Positions 1-10,027 of a stretch of 32,000 nucleotides of DNA are shown here, in pieces (position 1 is the first letter of the stretch; each line of letters begins with the position of its first letter). Position numbers and translations under genes: made by a program. The notes beneath the pieces are model-generated. The model was not told the DNA's origin. It searched no databases and saw nothing but the letters and a program-made list of their open reading frames with translations. The DNA lies in assembly GCF_018739865.1 (NCBI RefSeq), contig NZ_JADOER010000001.1:61899-93898 (forward strand). The letters run 5' to 3'. Origin of the DNA: Leptothoe kymatousa TAU-MAC 1615 (GTDB lineage: Bacteria; Cyanobacteriota; Cyanobacteriia; Phormidesmidales; Phormidesmidaceae).

Positions 1-1473
1 GGGCTGGTGGTGAATTCTCATATTAGTGCTGAAAAAGCCTGGGATATTACTCGCGGGAGCCGTTCGGTGGTGGTGGCCGTTACGGATGATGCGTTTGATC
101 TAAATCATCCAGACTTGCAGGGCATGGGCAAGCTGGTGGGGCCGCGGGATTTGAAGAATAAGGATGGTTTGCCGATGCCGGCCCAATCCTATGAGAACCA
201 TGGCACGTCGGTGGCAGGGTTGGCGGTGGCCGAAGAAACGGGTAGCGGTGTGGTGGGGGTGGCGCCGGGCTGCAGTTTTATGCCGATTCAAACCACTGGT
301 TTTTTGGATGATGAGTCGATTGAGCAGCTATTTGACTGGGCCGTGGCCCAGGGGGCTGCGGTGATTTCTTGTAGCTGGTCGCCAGCGGCGGTTTATTTTC
401 CCCTCTCGTTTCGCCAGCGCAATGCGATTAATCGGGCGGCGACGCGGGGCCGCAATGGTAAAGGCTGTGTGGTGTTATTTTCGGCCGGGAATGCGAATCG
501 TCCTTTGAATGGCAAGGTCCAGGAATTGGGCTGGCCCAGGAATGCATTGCGGGGGGTAACCCAGTGGCTGGGCGGTTTTGCCATGCATCCGGATGTGATT
601 ACGGTGTCGGCCACCACGAGTTTGAATCGGAAGGCGGTGTATAGCAACTGGGGGAAGCAGGTATCGGTGGCGGCGCCGAGTAATAATGGCCCACCGAGTA
701 TGGCTTTGCCCAATGTGGGGCAGGTGGAAACGGGACCACCGGTGAAAGGTGCGATGGCGGGGTTGGGGATGACCACCTGCGATCGCACCGGGCAAACTGG
801 CTACAGCCGCAGCGACTACACCAGTTCCTTTGGCGGTACCTCCAGTGCCTGCCCTGTGGTTGCGGGGGTGGTGGGGCTAATGCTGTCGGCTAATCCAGAC
901 CTCTCGGCCGCAGAGGTGAAGCAAATTTTGCAAGACACCGCCGATAAAATTGAGGACACCAGTCCTGACCCGCAGCTGGGCTTAGCCTACGGTCGCTACG
1001 ACAATCGCGGCCATTCCCTGTGGTTTGGCTATGGCAAGGTCAATGCCTATCGAGCCGTTAAAGCTTGCCGCGATCGCTACCTATCCACACGACGGCTGAG
1101 CAAGACCCTAGAGCAAACGAGCGCCGTGACCTTAACCATTCCGGCTAGCCGCACTGACCTCCAACGCGCGGGCATTACGATCAATCAGCGGGGCAATTTG
1201 CAGGATATCCAAGTGTATGTGGACCTGCGCCATCCCTTCCTCGGTGACCTGAGCGTGTCGTTGCGTTCGCCCCAGGGTAGAACGGTTTTGCTCCAGGGAC
1301 GCACCCTGGGGCGTCAAACCCAGCTGCGTAAAACCTATACCTTTGAAAATACACCGGCCCTAACCCTAGTCATGCATGAGGGGATCCATGGCCGCTGGCA
1401 GTTGGACATTGTGGACCACACGGAGACGCACCCAGGCCAATTGTTGCAGTGGTCCCTCAAACTAGGCATCTAG
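1..1473 (+). CDS. Subtilisin/kexin-like serine peptidase (S8) with C-terminal proprotein-convertase P-domain; 5' end cut by the window edge
   Basis: ORF 7..1473 stays open back to base 1. Catalytic motifs occur in order: Asp 'VAVTDDAFD', His 'NHGTSVAG', oxyanion Asn 'FSAGNAN', Ser 'GGTSSACP'. The C-terminal ~100 aa ('VDLRHPFLGDLSVSLRSPQGRTVLL ... GRWQLDIVD ... WSLKL') fit the P/Homo-B domain pattern. Confidence 0.9.
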   Translation, partial: GLVVNSHISAEKAWDITRGSRSVVVAVTDDAFDLNHPDLQGMGKLVGPRDLKNKDGLPMPAQSYENHGTSVAGLAVAEETGSGVVGVAPGCSFMPIQTTGFLDDESIEQLFDWAVAQGAAVISCSWSPAAVYFPLSFRQRNAINRAATRGRNGKGCVVLFSAGNANRPLNGKVQELGWPRNALRGVTQWLGGFAMHPDVITVSATTSLNRKAVYSNWGKQVSVAAPSNNGPPSMALPNVGQVETGPPVKGAMAGLGMTTCDRTGQTGYSRSDYTSSFGGTSSACPVVAGVVGLMLSANPDLSAAEVKQILQDTADKIEDTSPDPQLGLAYGRYDNRGHSLWFGYGKVNAYRAVKACRDRYLSTRRLSKTLEQTSAVTLTIPASRTDLQRAGITINQRGNLQDIQVYVDLRHPFLGDLSVSLRSPQGRTVLLQGRTLGRQTQLRKTYTFENTPALTLVMHEGIHGRWQLDIVDHTETHPGQLLQWSLKLGI

Positions 1474-2196
1474 CGCACATTTATACGTAATTTGGCCTAT
1501 GGAGATTTCCATAGTGTTACAGGTGCACGGATATTTAGTGTGTGTAGTAATAAGGTTGGTAACACAGCTTACGCACATTCCTTTCTGAGAATGTTAAATT
1601 AGGGATATGACGCTTATTAAAGTGAAACACTACTGCTAATAGTCTTAGCAATTAGATTCACTAGTGTTGTTCCCCTATCCCTATCTACATTCATTAGATA
1701 TACGGATAGTCACAGTGAACATTGCCGAGAGGCAGAGACATCAGGGTTTGGTTTTTGGACTGGGGTATGTTTTGCCCCATTGTTGTATATCAGTCAGGTG
1801 TATATCAGTCAGGGTTAGCGGTTGAGTCAGTAGACCACGCACAGGGTAACGATTAGTTTGCTGTTACGGAGAATACGTAGCTGCCTGGCTGTAAAAGTTT
1901 TTACCAACTTCATCAGATTTTACCTGGGCCGAGAGATATTTCTTGAAAACCTTACCATCGGCGTTCGGAGATATTTGATTTGTCTAGGATTCTGGTGATG
2001 ATCACGGCTTGCTGGGATCTTTAACGCACCAGTATTAACTAGTTGGGACGTTTTGTTTTTGAATTTAGTTTCTCGAACATTTTCAATGGCCCCATGGCCA
2101 TTGACTGGGAAAAATCCAAATCGAATAGCTAGATACTTGCTTCAGCCATTCGAAAATGTCAGCAGCCTTAGGGCTACTGGGCGGAATTTTTCTAAA

Positions 2197-2270
2197 TCGG
2201 GATGACTGGATTCGAACCAGCGGCCCCTTCGTCCCGAACGAAGTGCGCTACCAAACTGCGCTACATCCCG
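2197..2270 (-). tRNA. tRNA-Pro (anticodon CGG)
   Basis: The minus-strand sequence is CGGGATG-TA-GCGC-AGTTTGGTA-GCGC-A-CTTCG-TTCGGGA-CGAAG-GGGCC-GCTGG-TTCGAAT-CCAGT-CATCCCG-A. It folds as a 74-nt cloverleaf with a 7-bp acceptor stem, a 5-bp anticodon stem and a TTCGAAT T-loop. The anticodon loop TTCGGGA gives CGG. No CCA is encoded. Confidence 0.93.
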
Positions 2271-2684
2271 TTTCAACAGCCTTCAGTCAAAGAATAAAAT
2301 ACTCGAACTACATTAAAATTCGAAGCTTTTATGTTGCTGACCGCTGTTACTAACCTAGGGTATCACAGGAGTTTATTGTGGTTCTTAGGTAAATCCTATC
2401 AGTATTTATTGATGGGGGACTGGGATGGCTACAGATGGTGCCATACCATGGCCAGGCGACTTTACCGATTTTTTACGGTTCAACGTCTGTGTTCGTTAGT
2501 TTCTTTATGCAACTAACGCTGCAACCTGGCTCTAGATGTGCATCCTGAGCCTGTGGGTGCATATTTTCCTCAGTTGACACACTTGTATAATTTTCCAGTT
2601 ACACGATGCTACTGATGGCCAAAATGCTTAGGGAATCACTAAGTTAACCGATGTAGCGGAATGTAACCGTTTAGGAGACAGTTC

Positions 2685-3176
2685 GTGATTGCCCTTAATA
2701 TTGATTGTTCACATACTGCCGATAAACTGAAAGCAGATGTACTGAACATTTCTGATGTTCCGACGGGATTAGACTTTCAATCGTTGGCGCCACTAGAAAT
2801 GGTGACTAATCAGTTTCCTAAGATTAGTTTTGGCTGTGCGATCGCGCTAATTCCATCTAATCCTAAGTTTATTGCCAAGGCAGGTGAACGGGTGCTGATG
2901 CCAACGGGTAATGACAATCGACTATCCATGGCTCTAGAAAATAGCGTTAACTCATTTTGTTTGTGGGGACGCTGTACTCAGCCCATGTTGCTCAAGGTCT
3001 TAGAAAGCACTGGTAAGGTCCTTCAAATCCATAGCGACAAAGGATTTCGCTGGCCAGGAGGATCCGAAATGAATCTGTTGCCACTGCAGATTTTGAAGCT
3101 GGAAAACATGGAGAATATCGCCATGATTGAGTTGTTTGCAGATGCCCCTTTCACCATTGAAGGGTTGTCTATATAG
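2685..3176 (+). CDS. Hypothetical protein (163 aa), no recognisable family
   Basis: The ORF has a GTG start at 2685, preceded by AGGAGA (2673-2678) with a 6-nt spacer. I recognise no motifs. It is AT-richer than its neighbours by eye. Confidence 0.5.
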   Translation: MIALNIDCSHTADKLKADVLNISDVPTGLDFQSLAPLEMVTNQFPKISFGCAIALIPSNPKFIAKAGERVLMPTGNDNRLSMALENSVNSFCLWGRCTQPMLLKVLESTGKVLQIHSDKGFRWPGGSEMNLLPLQILKLENMENIAMIELFADAPFTIEGLSI

Positions 3177-3433
3177 ATAGTGCGCTTAGTGCGACTAGTG
3201 CGATGTTTTGGCCGCAGTAATTGCGCCAAATCCCAGGTTTGAGATCAAATCTGTAATCTAGGCAACTCTTTTAGGCATTAGGTAGTCCATTTCAGTAAGG
3301 CTAAGTTCAAAAAAAACTATGTCGTCGAGTTCTACCCTCTGGCATTGACTAAGGTCACTGGTTAAACTGCTGGTGAGATCTAGCTTCTCGCTAGTATCTG
3401 TGAATCCTTAGATATGGCATTACTGAAATCATT

Positions 3434-4897
3434 ATGGCAACTGCATTATCTCCATCTGTATTTGTAGGTAAATCAATTAAATTTGGTACTGACGGCTGGC
3501 GCGGCATGATCGCAGCCGACTTTACCTTTGAGCGAGTGGATTTGGTCGCTGCCCTGTCCGCTAAAGTTTTAGAAGAATGTTACGGCAGCAATGGCAGCCG
3601 CACGGTAATTGTTGGTTACGACCGCCGATTCTTGTCTCCTGAATTTGCTAGTCACGCCGCTGAAGCCGTTGCCCAGGCTGGTTACGACGTACTACTGTCT
3701 GAGTGTTTTGCCCCCACCCCTGCATTTAGTTGGGCCGCCCATGAGAAGGGTGCCCTTGGCGCCATTGTGATTACGGCTAGCCATAACCCGGCTGCCTATT
3801 CTGGTCTGAAAGTTAAAGGCGCATTTGGGGGGTCTGTGCCACCGGATGTGACGAAAAAAGTTGAAGCCCTATTGCCCCAGGGTAAGCCGGTGGCTGATAC
3901 ACCAGGCACCATCACTGCTTTTGATCCCTGGCCCAGTTACTGCCAAGCATTGCAGAGCATGGTCGACATTGAGGCGATTCGCGGCGCTATTGCCAACGGC
4001 GAACTAACCGTATTTGCCGATGTGATGCATGGTTCAGCGGCAGGCGGCTTTGAGAAGATTTTGGGCATGCCCATTAACGAAATCAACGGTGACGCCGATC
4101 CCCTATTCGAAGGCGGTGCCCCCGAACCCTTGCCCCGATATATTCCTAAGCTCTACAAAGCGATTAAAGATCGTTACCAGGCCGGTGCCGATGGCCTGAC
4201 GGTGGGCATCATTTTTGATGGGGATAGCGATCGCGTTGCTGGCATGGATGGCCAGGGCGAATTCCTAAGTTCTCAAGTATTGATCCCAATTTTGATCGAT
4301 CACCTCAAAGCCAAACGTGGATTTGACGGCGAAGTGATTAAAACGATCAGCGGCTCTAACCTGATGCAAAAGGTGGCTGAGCTCCATGGTTTATCGGTCC
4401 ACGAAACCCCCATCGGCTATAAGTACATTGCCGATCGCATGCTAGAGGCCAAGGTGTTAATTGGTGGTGAAGAGTCCGGTGGTATTGGCTATGGCCACCA
4501 TATTCCTGAGCGCGATGCGTTGCTCTCGGCCCTTTACTTGCTAGAAGCCGTAGTCAAGAGTGGCAAAGACTTTGGCCAGTTGAATCAGTTTTTGCGCCAG
4601 CAAACTGGATTTACCGGTGCCTACGACCGGATCGATTTGCCCCTAGCCAATATGGATGTGCGGGCCAAGCTGTTGGATCAGCTACAAAATGCCACACCCA
4701 CTGAAGTGGCGGGTAAGACGGTCAGTGATGTTCTTTCCATCGATGGCTATAAGTTCTCCCTGGCGGATGGTAGCTGGTTGCTAATTCGCTTTAGTGGAAC
4801 TGAGCCCGTACTACGTCTTTATTCCGAGGCAGCCACCATTGAAGAAGTGCATAAGCACCTCAATTGGGCTAAGGATTGGGCTAGTTCTGTAGCTTAG
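3434..4897 (+). CDS. Alpha-D-phosphohexomutase (phosphoglucomutase/phosphomannomutase family)
   Basis: All four family motifs are present: active-site Ser loop 'TASHNPAAYSGLKV', Mg loop 'FDGDSDRV', sugar loop 'GGEESGG' and phosphate loop 'RFSGTEPVLRLY'. Confidence 0.93.
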   Translation: MATALSPSVFVGKSIKFGTDGWRGMIAADFTFERVDLVAALSAKVLEECYGSNGSRTVIVGYDRRFLSPEFASHAAEAVAQAGYDVLLSECFAPTPAFSWAAHEKGALGAIVITASHNPAAYSGLKVKGAFGGSVPPDVTKKVEALLPQGKPVADTPGTITAFDPWPSYCQALQSMVDIEAIRGAIANGELTVFADVMHGSAAGGFEKILGMPINEINGDADPLFEGGAPEPLPRYIPKLYKAIKDRYQAGADGLTVGIIFDGDSDRVAGMDGQGEFLSSQVLIPILIDHLKAKRGFDGEVIKTISGSNLMQKVAELHGLSVHETPIGYKYIADRMLEAKVLIGGEESGGIGYGHHIPERDALLSALYLLEAVVKSGKDFGQLNQFLRQQTGFTGAYDRIDLPLANMDVRAKLLDQLQNATPTEVAGKTVSDVLSIDGYKFSLADGSWLLIRFSGTEPVLRLYSEAATIEEVHKHLNWAKDWASSVA

Positions 4898-4990
4898 GAT
4901 GTTCAGAAACTACTTCATGGTTTAATCTGGGCTTTTTAAGCCATGATTTCCAGGCACAGGACCATGATTTAAGTTTTAACAAGCCCTTGG
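4893..4990 (-). repeat. Dispersed ~100-bp repeat, copy A (inverted relative to copies B and C)
   Basis: The reverse complement 'ccaagggcttgttaaaacttaaatcatggtcctgtgcctggaaatcatggcttaaaaagcccagattaaaccatgaagtagtttctgaacatcctaag' aligns along its length with 10775-10878 and 20983-21087. Its end overlaps the TAG stop (4895-4897) of the phosphohexomutase gene. Confidence 0.8.
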
Positions 4991-5068
4991 TCTAGGGTCC
5001 CCTCCAGCATTAGATAGCTTTGGAGGAGGGTCTCTTTCGACCGTTATTTTTCTCTTTGATTTGGGACT

Positions 5069-5100
5069 AGAACCATGCCCTGGGGTATGGTTCTTTTTTT
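5069..5100 (+). terminator. Rho-independent terminator downstream of the phosphohexomutase gene
   Basis: An 8-bp stem AGAACCAT/ATGGTTCT closes a 10-nt loop and is followed by a run of 7 T. Confidence 0.75.
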
Positions 5101-5136
5101 GTTATATCCTAAAAATGATTTTGATTGAGCTATTCC

Positions 5137-5862
5137 ATGGTCGCTGAGATTACATTTGCCCCCATTGCCCATATCCAATCTTGTTATCCCGATCGGTTTG
5201 GGATTCCCCGGCAGGCAGGGTTGGTAAAATCGGCCTATGCCGATATTGTTTTTGAGGCGACCGAAGAGAATAAGTTAGCCCTGCGGGGCATTGAAGAGTT
5301 TTCCCATCTGTGGATATTGTTCTTCTTCCATGGGCAGACCTATCGCAAATTTAAACCCTTAGTCAGGCCCCCTCGCCTGGGTGGCAACAAAAGTGTTGGT
5401 GTTTATGCTACCCGTAGTCCCAACCGCCCAAACCCCATTGGTATGAGCGCTGTGCAATTGTTAGGGGTGGTTGAACAACAAAAAACAATGCGACTGCAAG
5501 TACAGGGGGGAGACTTTTTAGATGGCACCCCCGTCATTGATGTGAAGCCTTATATACCCTATGCCGATGCCCTCAGCGATGCATCTAGTGCCTGGGCCAA
5601 TTATCAGGAGCCATCTTTGCCCGTGCACTGGTCTGCAGCCGCAGAGGCGGTTTTGTTGGCTGATGGGGCCGATGGCGCAGCAGAGAGACTACGGTGCTTG
5701 ATTGGTGAAACCATCGCCCAGGATCCACGACCGGGATATGAACGGGGAAAAGATGGTAAGCCAGGGCAGCGCTGGCATATGCAAATTAATAACTACAGCG
5801 TTTTTTGGACGGTGTATAACAATATTGCAGAGGTGATTGAGTTAATCAAAGTCGATGGCTAG
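5137..5862 (+). CDS. trmO: tRNA (N6-threonylcarbamoyladenosine37-N6)-methyltransferase TrmO (TsaA/YaeB family)
   Basis: Family-typical motifs are 'FGIPRQAG', 'HLWILFFFH', 'ATRSPNRPNPIGMS' and 'LDGTPVIDVKPYIPY'. The ATG at 5137 is preferred over the TTG at 5125 used by the ORF track. Confidence 0.85.
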   Translation: MVAEITFAPIAHIQSCYPDRFGIPRQAGLVKSAYADIVFEATEENKLALRGIEEFSHLWILFFFHGQTYRKFKPLVRPPRLGGNKSVGVYATRSPNRPNPIGMSAVQLLGVVEQQKTMRLQVQGGDFLDGTPVIDVKPYIPYADALSDASSAWANYQEPSLPVHWSAAAEAVLLADGADGAAERLRCLIGETIAQDPRPGYERGKDGKPGQRWHMQINNYSVFWTVYNNIAEVIELIKVDG

Positions 5863-7172
5863 GGCTGTTTGGGTTGTTCAAGGGGTAAGGTGATTTCAAA
5901 TGTTGTTCCCTGGTTGAAGCGCGATTGACAGCGAATATTGCCGTTGTGTCGTTTAATCGTTTGGTGGACGTTGGAAAGCCCTAGGCCGATACCCTGACCA
6001 ATGGGCTTGGTGGTAAAAAATGGATCGAAAATATGTGGATAGTGTTCTGGGGCAATACCGATGCCATTGTCCCGAATGCTAATAACGAGGGAATCTGCCT
6101 GCTGTTGTGTGGTAATTCTAATGGTTGGGGTGGTTATTGTTTCATTCGTTTCAGCTTTTTCATCAATGGCATCAATGGCATTGGTAATGAGCTGGAAGAG
6201 GGCTTGATTGAGTAACTGGGGAAAGCATTCAATTGTGTTAGGACTGAAGCGATAGTTTTTTTCGAGGGAAATTGTTCCCCTGGATGTGGATGTGTGCAAC
6301 CGATTGTTGACCATGAGTAGGCTGTAATCGAGGGCTTGGTGGATGTCGATGGTTTTTTCAGCGGCCTGGTCTAAATTGGCGAAGTTGCGTAGGCCTTGGA
6401 TGATGGTCGCTAAACGTGTGGCCCCACTTTTCATCGAACCTAAAATATGGGGGATATCCTGAAAGATAAAATCTAGGTCGATGGCCTCTAGCTGGGCTTG
6501 AATTGGTGTGGGTATTTTGAAGTCTAGGGACTGATAGAGGGTTAAGGCCTGTTGCAGATCGTTGATGTATCGAGACAAGGGGGCTAAATTACCCGTGATA
6601 AAGGTTAGGGGATTGTTCATTTCATGGGCGATGCCCCCCACCATTTTTCCGAGGCTAGAGAGTTTTGCCGCCTGAATCAGCTTGCCTTGGGCGGCCTTCA
6701 GTTCTATGAGGGCGGTGCGTAGTTTTTTTTCGGTGAGCTCTTGCTGGTGTATTTTTTCCTCTAACTTTTTGTTGGTGTTTTGGATATTTTGTAGGGCCTG
6801 ATGCAATTTTAGGTGAGTTTTTATCCGAGCAATAATTTCAGCTTCTTGAAAGGGTTTAGTGACGTAGTCTGCGGCACCCAGTTGGAAGGCTTTAACTTTG
6901 CTTTCGGTATCTGTTAAGGCCGTCATGAAAATAATGGGAATATGGGCTGTGTCAGGATTGGCCTTAAGCTGCTGGCAGGTTTCAAACCCACTGATTCCAG
7001 GCATCATTACGTCGAGTAAAATAACGTCTGGTGTAGCGTAAGCAACTTTTTCTAATGCACTCTCTCCTGACTTGGCAATTAACACCTCCAGGTTAGCGGT
7101 ATCTAAGCATTCAGAGATTACGCCTAGATTATGGGGATTGTCATCGACGACTAGAACGGTCCCTAAATACAT
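5859..7172 (-). CDS. Response-regulator receiver fused to a histidine kinase (REC-coiled coil-HisKA-HATPase)
   Basis: Receiver motifs are 'VLVVDDNPHN' and 'DVILLDVMMPG'. Kinase motifs are H-box 'GIAHEMNNPL', N-box 'LITNAIDAI', G1 'DNGIGI' and G2 'GQGIGLGLS'. Confidence 0.9.
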   Translation of the reverse strand: MYLGTVLVVDDNPHNLGVISECLDTANLEVLIAKSGESALEKVAYATPDVILLDVMMPGISGFETCQQLKANPDTAHIPIIFMTALTDTESKVKAFQLGAADYVTKPFQEAEIIARIKTHLKLHQALQNIQNTNKKLEEKIHQQELTEKKLRTALIELKAAQGKLIQAAKLSSLGKMVGGIAHEMNNPLTFITGNLAPLSRYINDLQQALTLYQSLDFKIPTPIQAQLEAIDLDFIFQDIPHILGSMKSGATRLATIIQGLRNFANLDQAAEKTIDIHQALDYSLLMVNNRLHTSTSRGTISLEKNYRFSPNTIECFPQLLNQALFQLITNAIDAIDEKAETNETITTPTIRITTQQQADSLVISIRDNGIGIAPEHYPHIFDPFFTTKPIGQGIGLGLSNVHQTIKRHNGNIRCQSRFNQGTTFEITLPLEQPKQP

Positions 7173-7199
7173 GGCTTGGTCGAGCGGATCATAGGTGCT

Positions 7200-9632
7200 T
7201 TATTCGGTGGTTCCCAGGGCGTCTTTTAAGAAAAGGGTTAATTCTTCTTCTTGGAATTCGGTGACAAATTTCTGAATCTGTTGGGTAAAGGCGGTATAAC
7301 TAGAATCTGTTTCCATCAGTTGCTCTGCCTGTAGTTTTATTTTTTTTAGATTACCTTGTAGGGCTAGATGGTGAAGTGATTGAAGAACCTTTTCGGGTGG
7401 GCAGTGGAGACCGCTCGTGGTTGAGGAAGCGATGGCTTTGGGGGCTAATGGCTGGTATACCCAAGTGAGGTTAAGGTGAGTTTGAAGGGCTTTGAACAGG
7501 CTATCGGCTTGTACCGGCTTGGGTAAAAAGTCACTGCTGCCTGCCATTAAGCTGTTTTGTTCATCCACAGCACTGACGCTAGCGGATGAGGTGATGATCG
7601 GAATGGTGTGCCATGCCGCTGACTGGCGGAGCTGTTTGATCAGGGTAAAGCCATCCATAATTGGCATCACTAAATCGGTGATAATGGCATCGGGTTGACA
7701 CTGGTCAAGTTTTTCGAGGGCGTCTTGTCCGTGAATGGCCTCAATAATTTCAAAGCCTACATCGGTGAGTAACCTTGTTAAAACATCGCGATTTTCCCAA
7801 TGGTCATCGACCACTAGAATATGGCGAGTGGGGCCGTCATAGCCGGTGATTTTTTCGTTAACGGCTGTGGCAATTGGGTCTATACTTTCGAGGCAATAGG
7901 GCACTGTAATGGTGAATTCAAAGGTGCTTCCTTGGCCGGGTTGGCTGTTCACCTCGATGGCGCCGCCCATGAGTGACACAATTTGTTGGCTGATGGCTAA
8001 GCCCAGCCCTGTTCCCTCCGCTTGTTTCTGTCGTTGGCCCACCTGTTCAAAGGGGGCAAAAATCTGTTGGCATTGTTCGGGTGAAATGCCAATGCCGGTG
8101 TCTTCTACCATAAAATGTAGCTGGCAGATGTTGTTGCTATGGTCACTGCGGTTAACGCGGAGGGCGACCTTGCCCTGGTCTGTAAATTTGATGGCGTTGC
8201 TCAGGAGATTTAGCAGTACCTGGCGTAGCCGTTTGACGTCGGTGATAATGCCGGTGGGCAATGTGTCGTCAAATAGGTATTGGAATTCAATGTTTTTTTG
8301 GTCGGCCTGGAGCTGACAAATTTCGACGATGCTTTGCAGTAGAGAGCCTAAATGGGCTTCCTTGGGATCTAGGGTGAGTTTACGGGCTTCAATTTTGGCA
8401 AGGTCGAGGATGTCGTTAATCAGGGTGAGGAGGTGGGAGCCGCATTGGTAGATGACCTTGAGCCCTTGTTGATCGCGGGCCCCTAGATGTTGCGATCGCA
8501 GCAAGATTTGAGCATAGCCCAAAATGCCATTGAGGGGAGTGCGCAGTTCGTGGCTCATATTTGCCAAAAACTCACTTTTTGCCTGGTTCGCAGCGTCGGC
8601 TAGTTCCTTCGACTTGCGCAGTTGTTGTTGCTTAAACTGTTGCACCCACCACAGCCCCACCAGCATGGCACTAACCAACCCCAGAATGAGAATGGCCATG
8701 AAGTTTAGTAACTGTAGCTGAGATTCAATATTTTGTTGAGGGATGACCAGGGCCAGGGACCAGTCTGCCTCTTGAATCGGCATATAGGCCACATACACGG
8801 GTTCACCATTTAAGGCCGTTCGATCGATCTTTTTACGACCGTCTACCATCTGTCGCGCGATGGTGGCCAGGGCTTTTTCATCACTGTCAACCAGGCTGGT
8901 TGGATTTTCGTCATTGATGGTACCCATCAATGTTTTGTCGGGATGGATGATGGGTAATCCCGTGGAGTTTAAGGCAAATGCATAGCTATTGGGGCCATAC
9001 TCCAATGCATTGACTTCCTGCTCTAGCTGGTCAATGTCGATCAGCCCAGCGGTGACACCAATGGGGCTGCCCTGTTGGTTGGCATCGGCCCAAATCGTGG
9101 ACGTTACCGCCACGATCGGGGTGTCTAGGGTTCTAGAAATAACAGGGTCAGATACGTAGGTATTACCCTTTAGGGCTTCTTTCACATGCTGACGGTCTTT
9201 TAGATTTTTACCCTCTGCATAACCAACTTTCGTGTTGTAGTAAGTCCCATCCGGGTTGATCATGGCAAAAAAGTAGAAGTCTGGAATGCGGGTGACTTCC
9301 GATTGCAAAAAGGGCTCGGCAATATACCAATCCATGGACCGCATCGACGGGGTGTTGGCGATGCTGGCCACCTCTGCTTTGCGCTGAATTAACCATTGAT
9401 CTAGGGTGTCTGTGCGCTGTTCGAGCTCTAGTAAAACATTGCGTTTGATATTGCTCAGCAGCAGCCCCCGCACAATGCGATAGCTCCAATAGCCGGTGAG
9501 GCCCACCCCAAGCGCCGCACCGAGGACGAGGACTCGCTTAATCCAGCTGCGCAGTCCTTGGCGAAAGGCTTGCTGCGCAGGGGATTCAGTGTTTTTGAGG
9601 TTAGATACTCCAGACAATGGTGCAGGGGTCAT
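7200..9632 (-). CDS. Hybrid sensor histidine kinase (TM - Cache-like periplasmic domain - TM - HisKA - HATPase - REC - helical C-terminal extension)
   Basis: Two hydrophobic segments ('[16 protein letters not shown]', '[20 protein letters not shown]') flank a ~270-aa Cache-like region. Kinase motifs are H-box 'SHELRTPLN', N-box 'LLSNAIKFT', G1 'DTGIGI' and G2 'GTGLGLAIS'. Receiver motifs are '[11 protein letters not shown]' and '[14 protein letters not shown]'. Confidence 0.9.
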   Translation of the reverse strand: MTPAPLSGVSNLKNTESPAQQAFRQGLRSWIKRVLVLGAALGVGLTGYWSYRIVRGLLLSNIKRNVLLELEQRTDTLDQWLIQRKAEVASIANTPSMRSMDWYIAEPFLQSEVTRIPDFYFFAMINPDGTYYNTKVGYAEGKNLKDRQHVKEALKGNTYVSDPVISRTLDTPIVAVTSTIWADANQQGSPIGVTAGLIDIDQLEQEVNALEYGPNSYAFALNSTGLPIIHPDKTLMGTINDENPTSLVDSDEKALATIARQMVDGRKKIDRTALNGEPVYVAYMPIQEADWSLALVIPQQNIESQLQLLNFMAILILGLVSAMLVGLWWVQQFKQQQLRKSKELADAANQAKSEFLANMSHELRTPLNGILGYAQILLRSQHLGARDQQGLKVIYQCGSHLLTLINDILDLAKIEARKLTLDPKEAHLGSLLQSIVEICQLQADQKNIEFQYLFDDTLPTGIITDVKRLRQVLLNLLSNAIKFTDQGKVALRVNRSDHSNNICQLHFMVEDTGIGISPEQCQQIFAPFEQVGQRQKQAEGTGLGLAISQQIVSLMGGAIEVNSQPGQGSTFEFTITVPYCLESIDPIATAVNEKITGYDGPTRHILVVDDHWENRDVLTRLLTDVGFEIIEAIHGQDALEKLDQCQPDAIITDLVMPIMDGFTLIKQLRQSAAWHTIPIITSSASVSAVDEQNSLMAGSSDFLPKPVQADSLFKALQTHLNLTWVYQPLAPKAIASSTTSGLHCPPEKVLQSLHHLALQGNLKKIKLQAEQLMETDSSYTAFTQQIQKFVTEFQEEELTLFLKDALGTTE

Positions 9633-9697
9633 AATGGCCTGATTAACTTAAAAAATGGGGACGATAGACCTTTCCGTATATTGCCCACCTAGAATAT

Positions 9698-10027
9698 TTA
9701 CCCACCAACAAAACTTTGCCAGAACAGAAAGGTACCCATGCCCACCAAGATGGTAATTAATAGGTTCTTTTTCCAGAGGCCCATCCCCAGTGCCACCAGC
9801 GCCCCCACCAGTCGAGGATTGGTGGGGGCAAGCCAGAGCCCGTCATCAGTGACTAAAACAGCGGGCACAACAATGGCCATCAGCACCGCAGGGGGCACAT
9901 AGTTGAGGGCCTGCAATAGGCGCGGGGGTAAGGTAATGCGATCGCTCATGGCCAGCACTGGGTAGCGGATCAAAAAGGTGACCAGGGTCATGCCCCCCAG
10001 CAGCAAGACTTCATCGGGATTAAACAT
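9698..10027 (-). CDS. azlD: AzlD-family branched-chain amino acid transport protein
   Basis: This is a small, very hydrophobic protein beginning '[26 protein letters not shown]'. It lies immediately downstream of azlC. Its ATG at 10027 overlaps the azlC stop (ATGTTTAA), which suggests translational coupling. Confidence 0.8.
   Translation of the reverse strand: MFNPDEVLLLGGMTLVTFLIRYPVLAMSDRITLPPRLLQALNYVPPAVLMAIVVPAVLVTDDGLWLAPTNPRLVGALVALGMGLWKKNLLITILVGMGTFLFWQSFVGG

Noticed and set aside
393-795. 131-aa and 106-aa minus-strand ORFs inside the S8 peptidase gene, plus 100..291, 164..364 and 1132..1317
   Set aside because: They overlap a gene with an intact catalytic triad. Their composition is Arg/Pro/His-rich, as is typical of off-frame GC-rich translation.
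2156-2516. 65-aa and 61-aa plus-strand ORFs near the tRNA
   Set aside because: The first is antisense across tRNA-Pro itself. The second has no RBS or motifs and lies in AT-rich spacer DNA.
7492-9489. Plus- and minus-strand ORFs nested in the hybrid kinase gene (7492..7698, 7909..8316, 8524..8721, 9208..9489)
   Set aside because: They are off-frame or antisense to a gene with a complete HisKA/HATPase/REC motif set. They have no motifs of their own.
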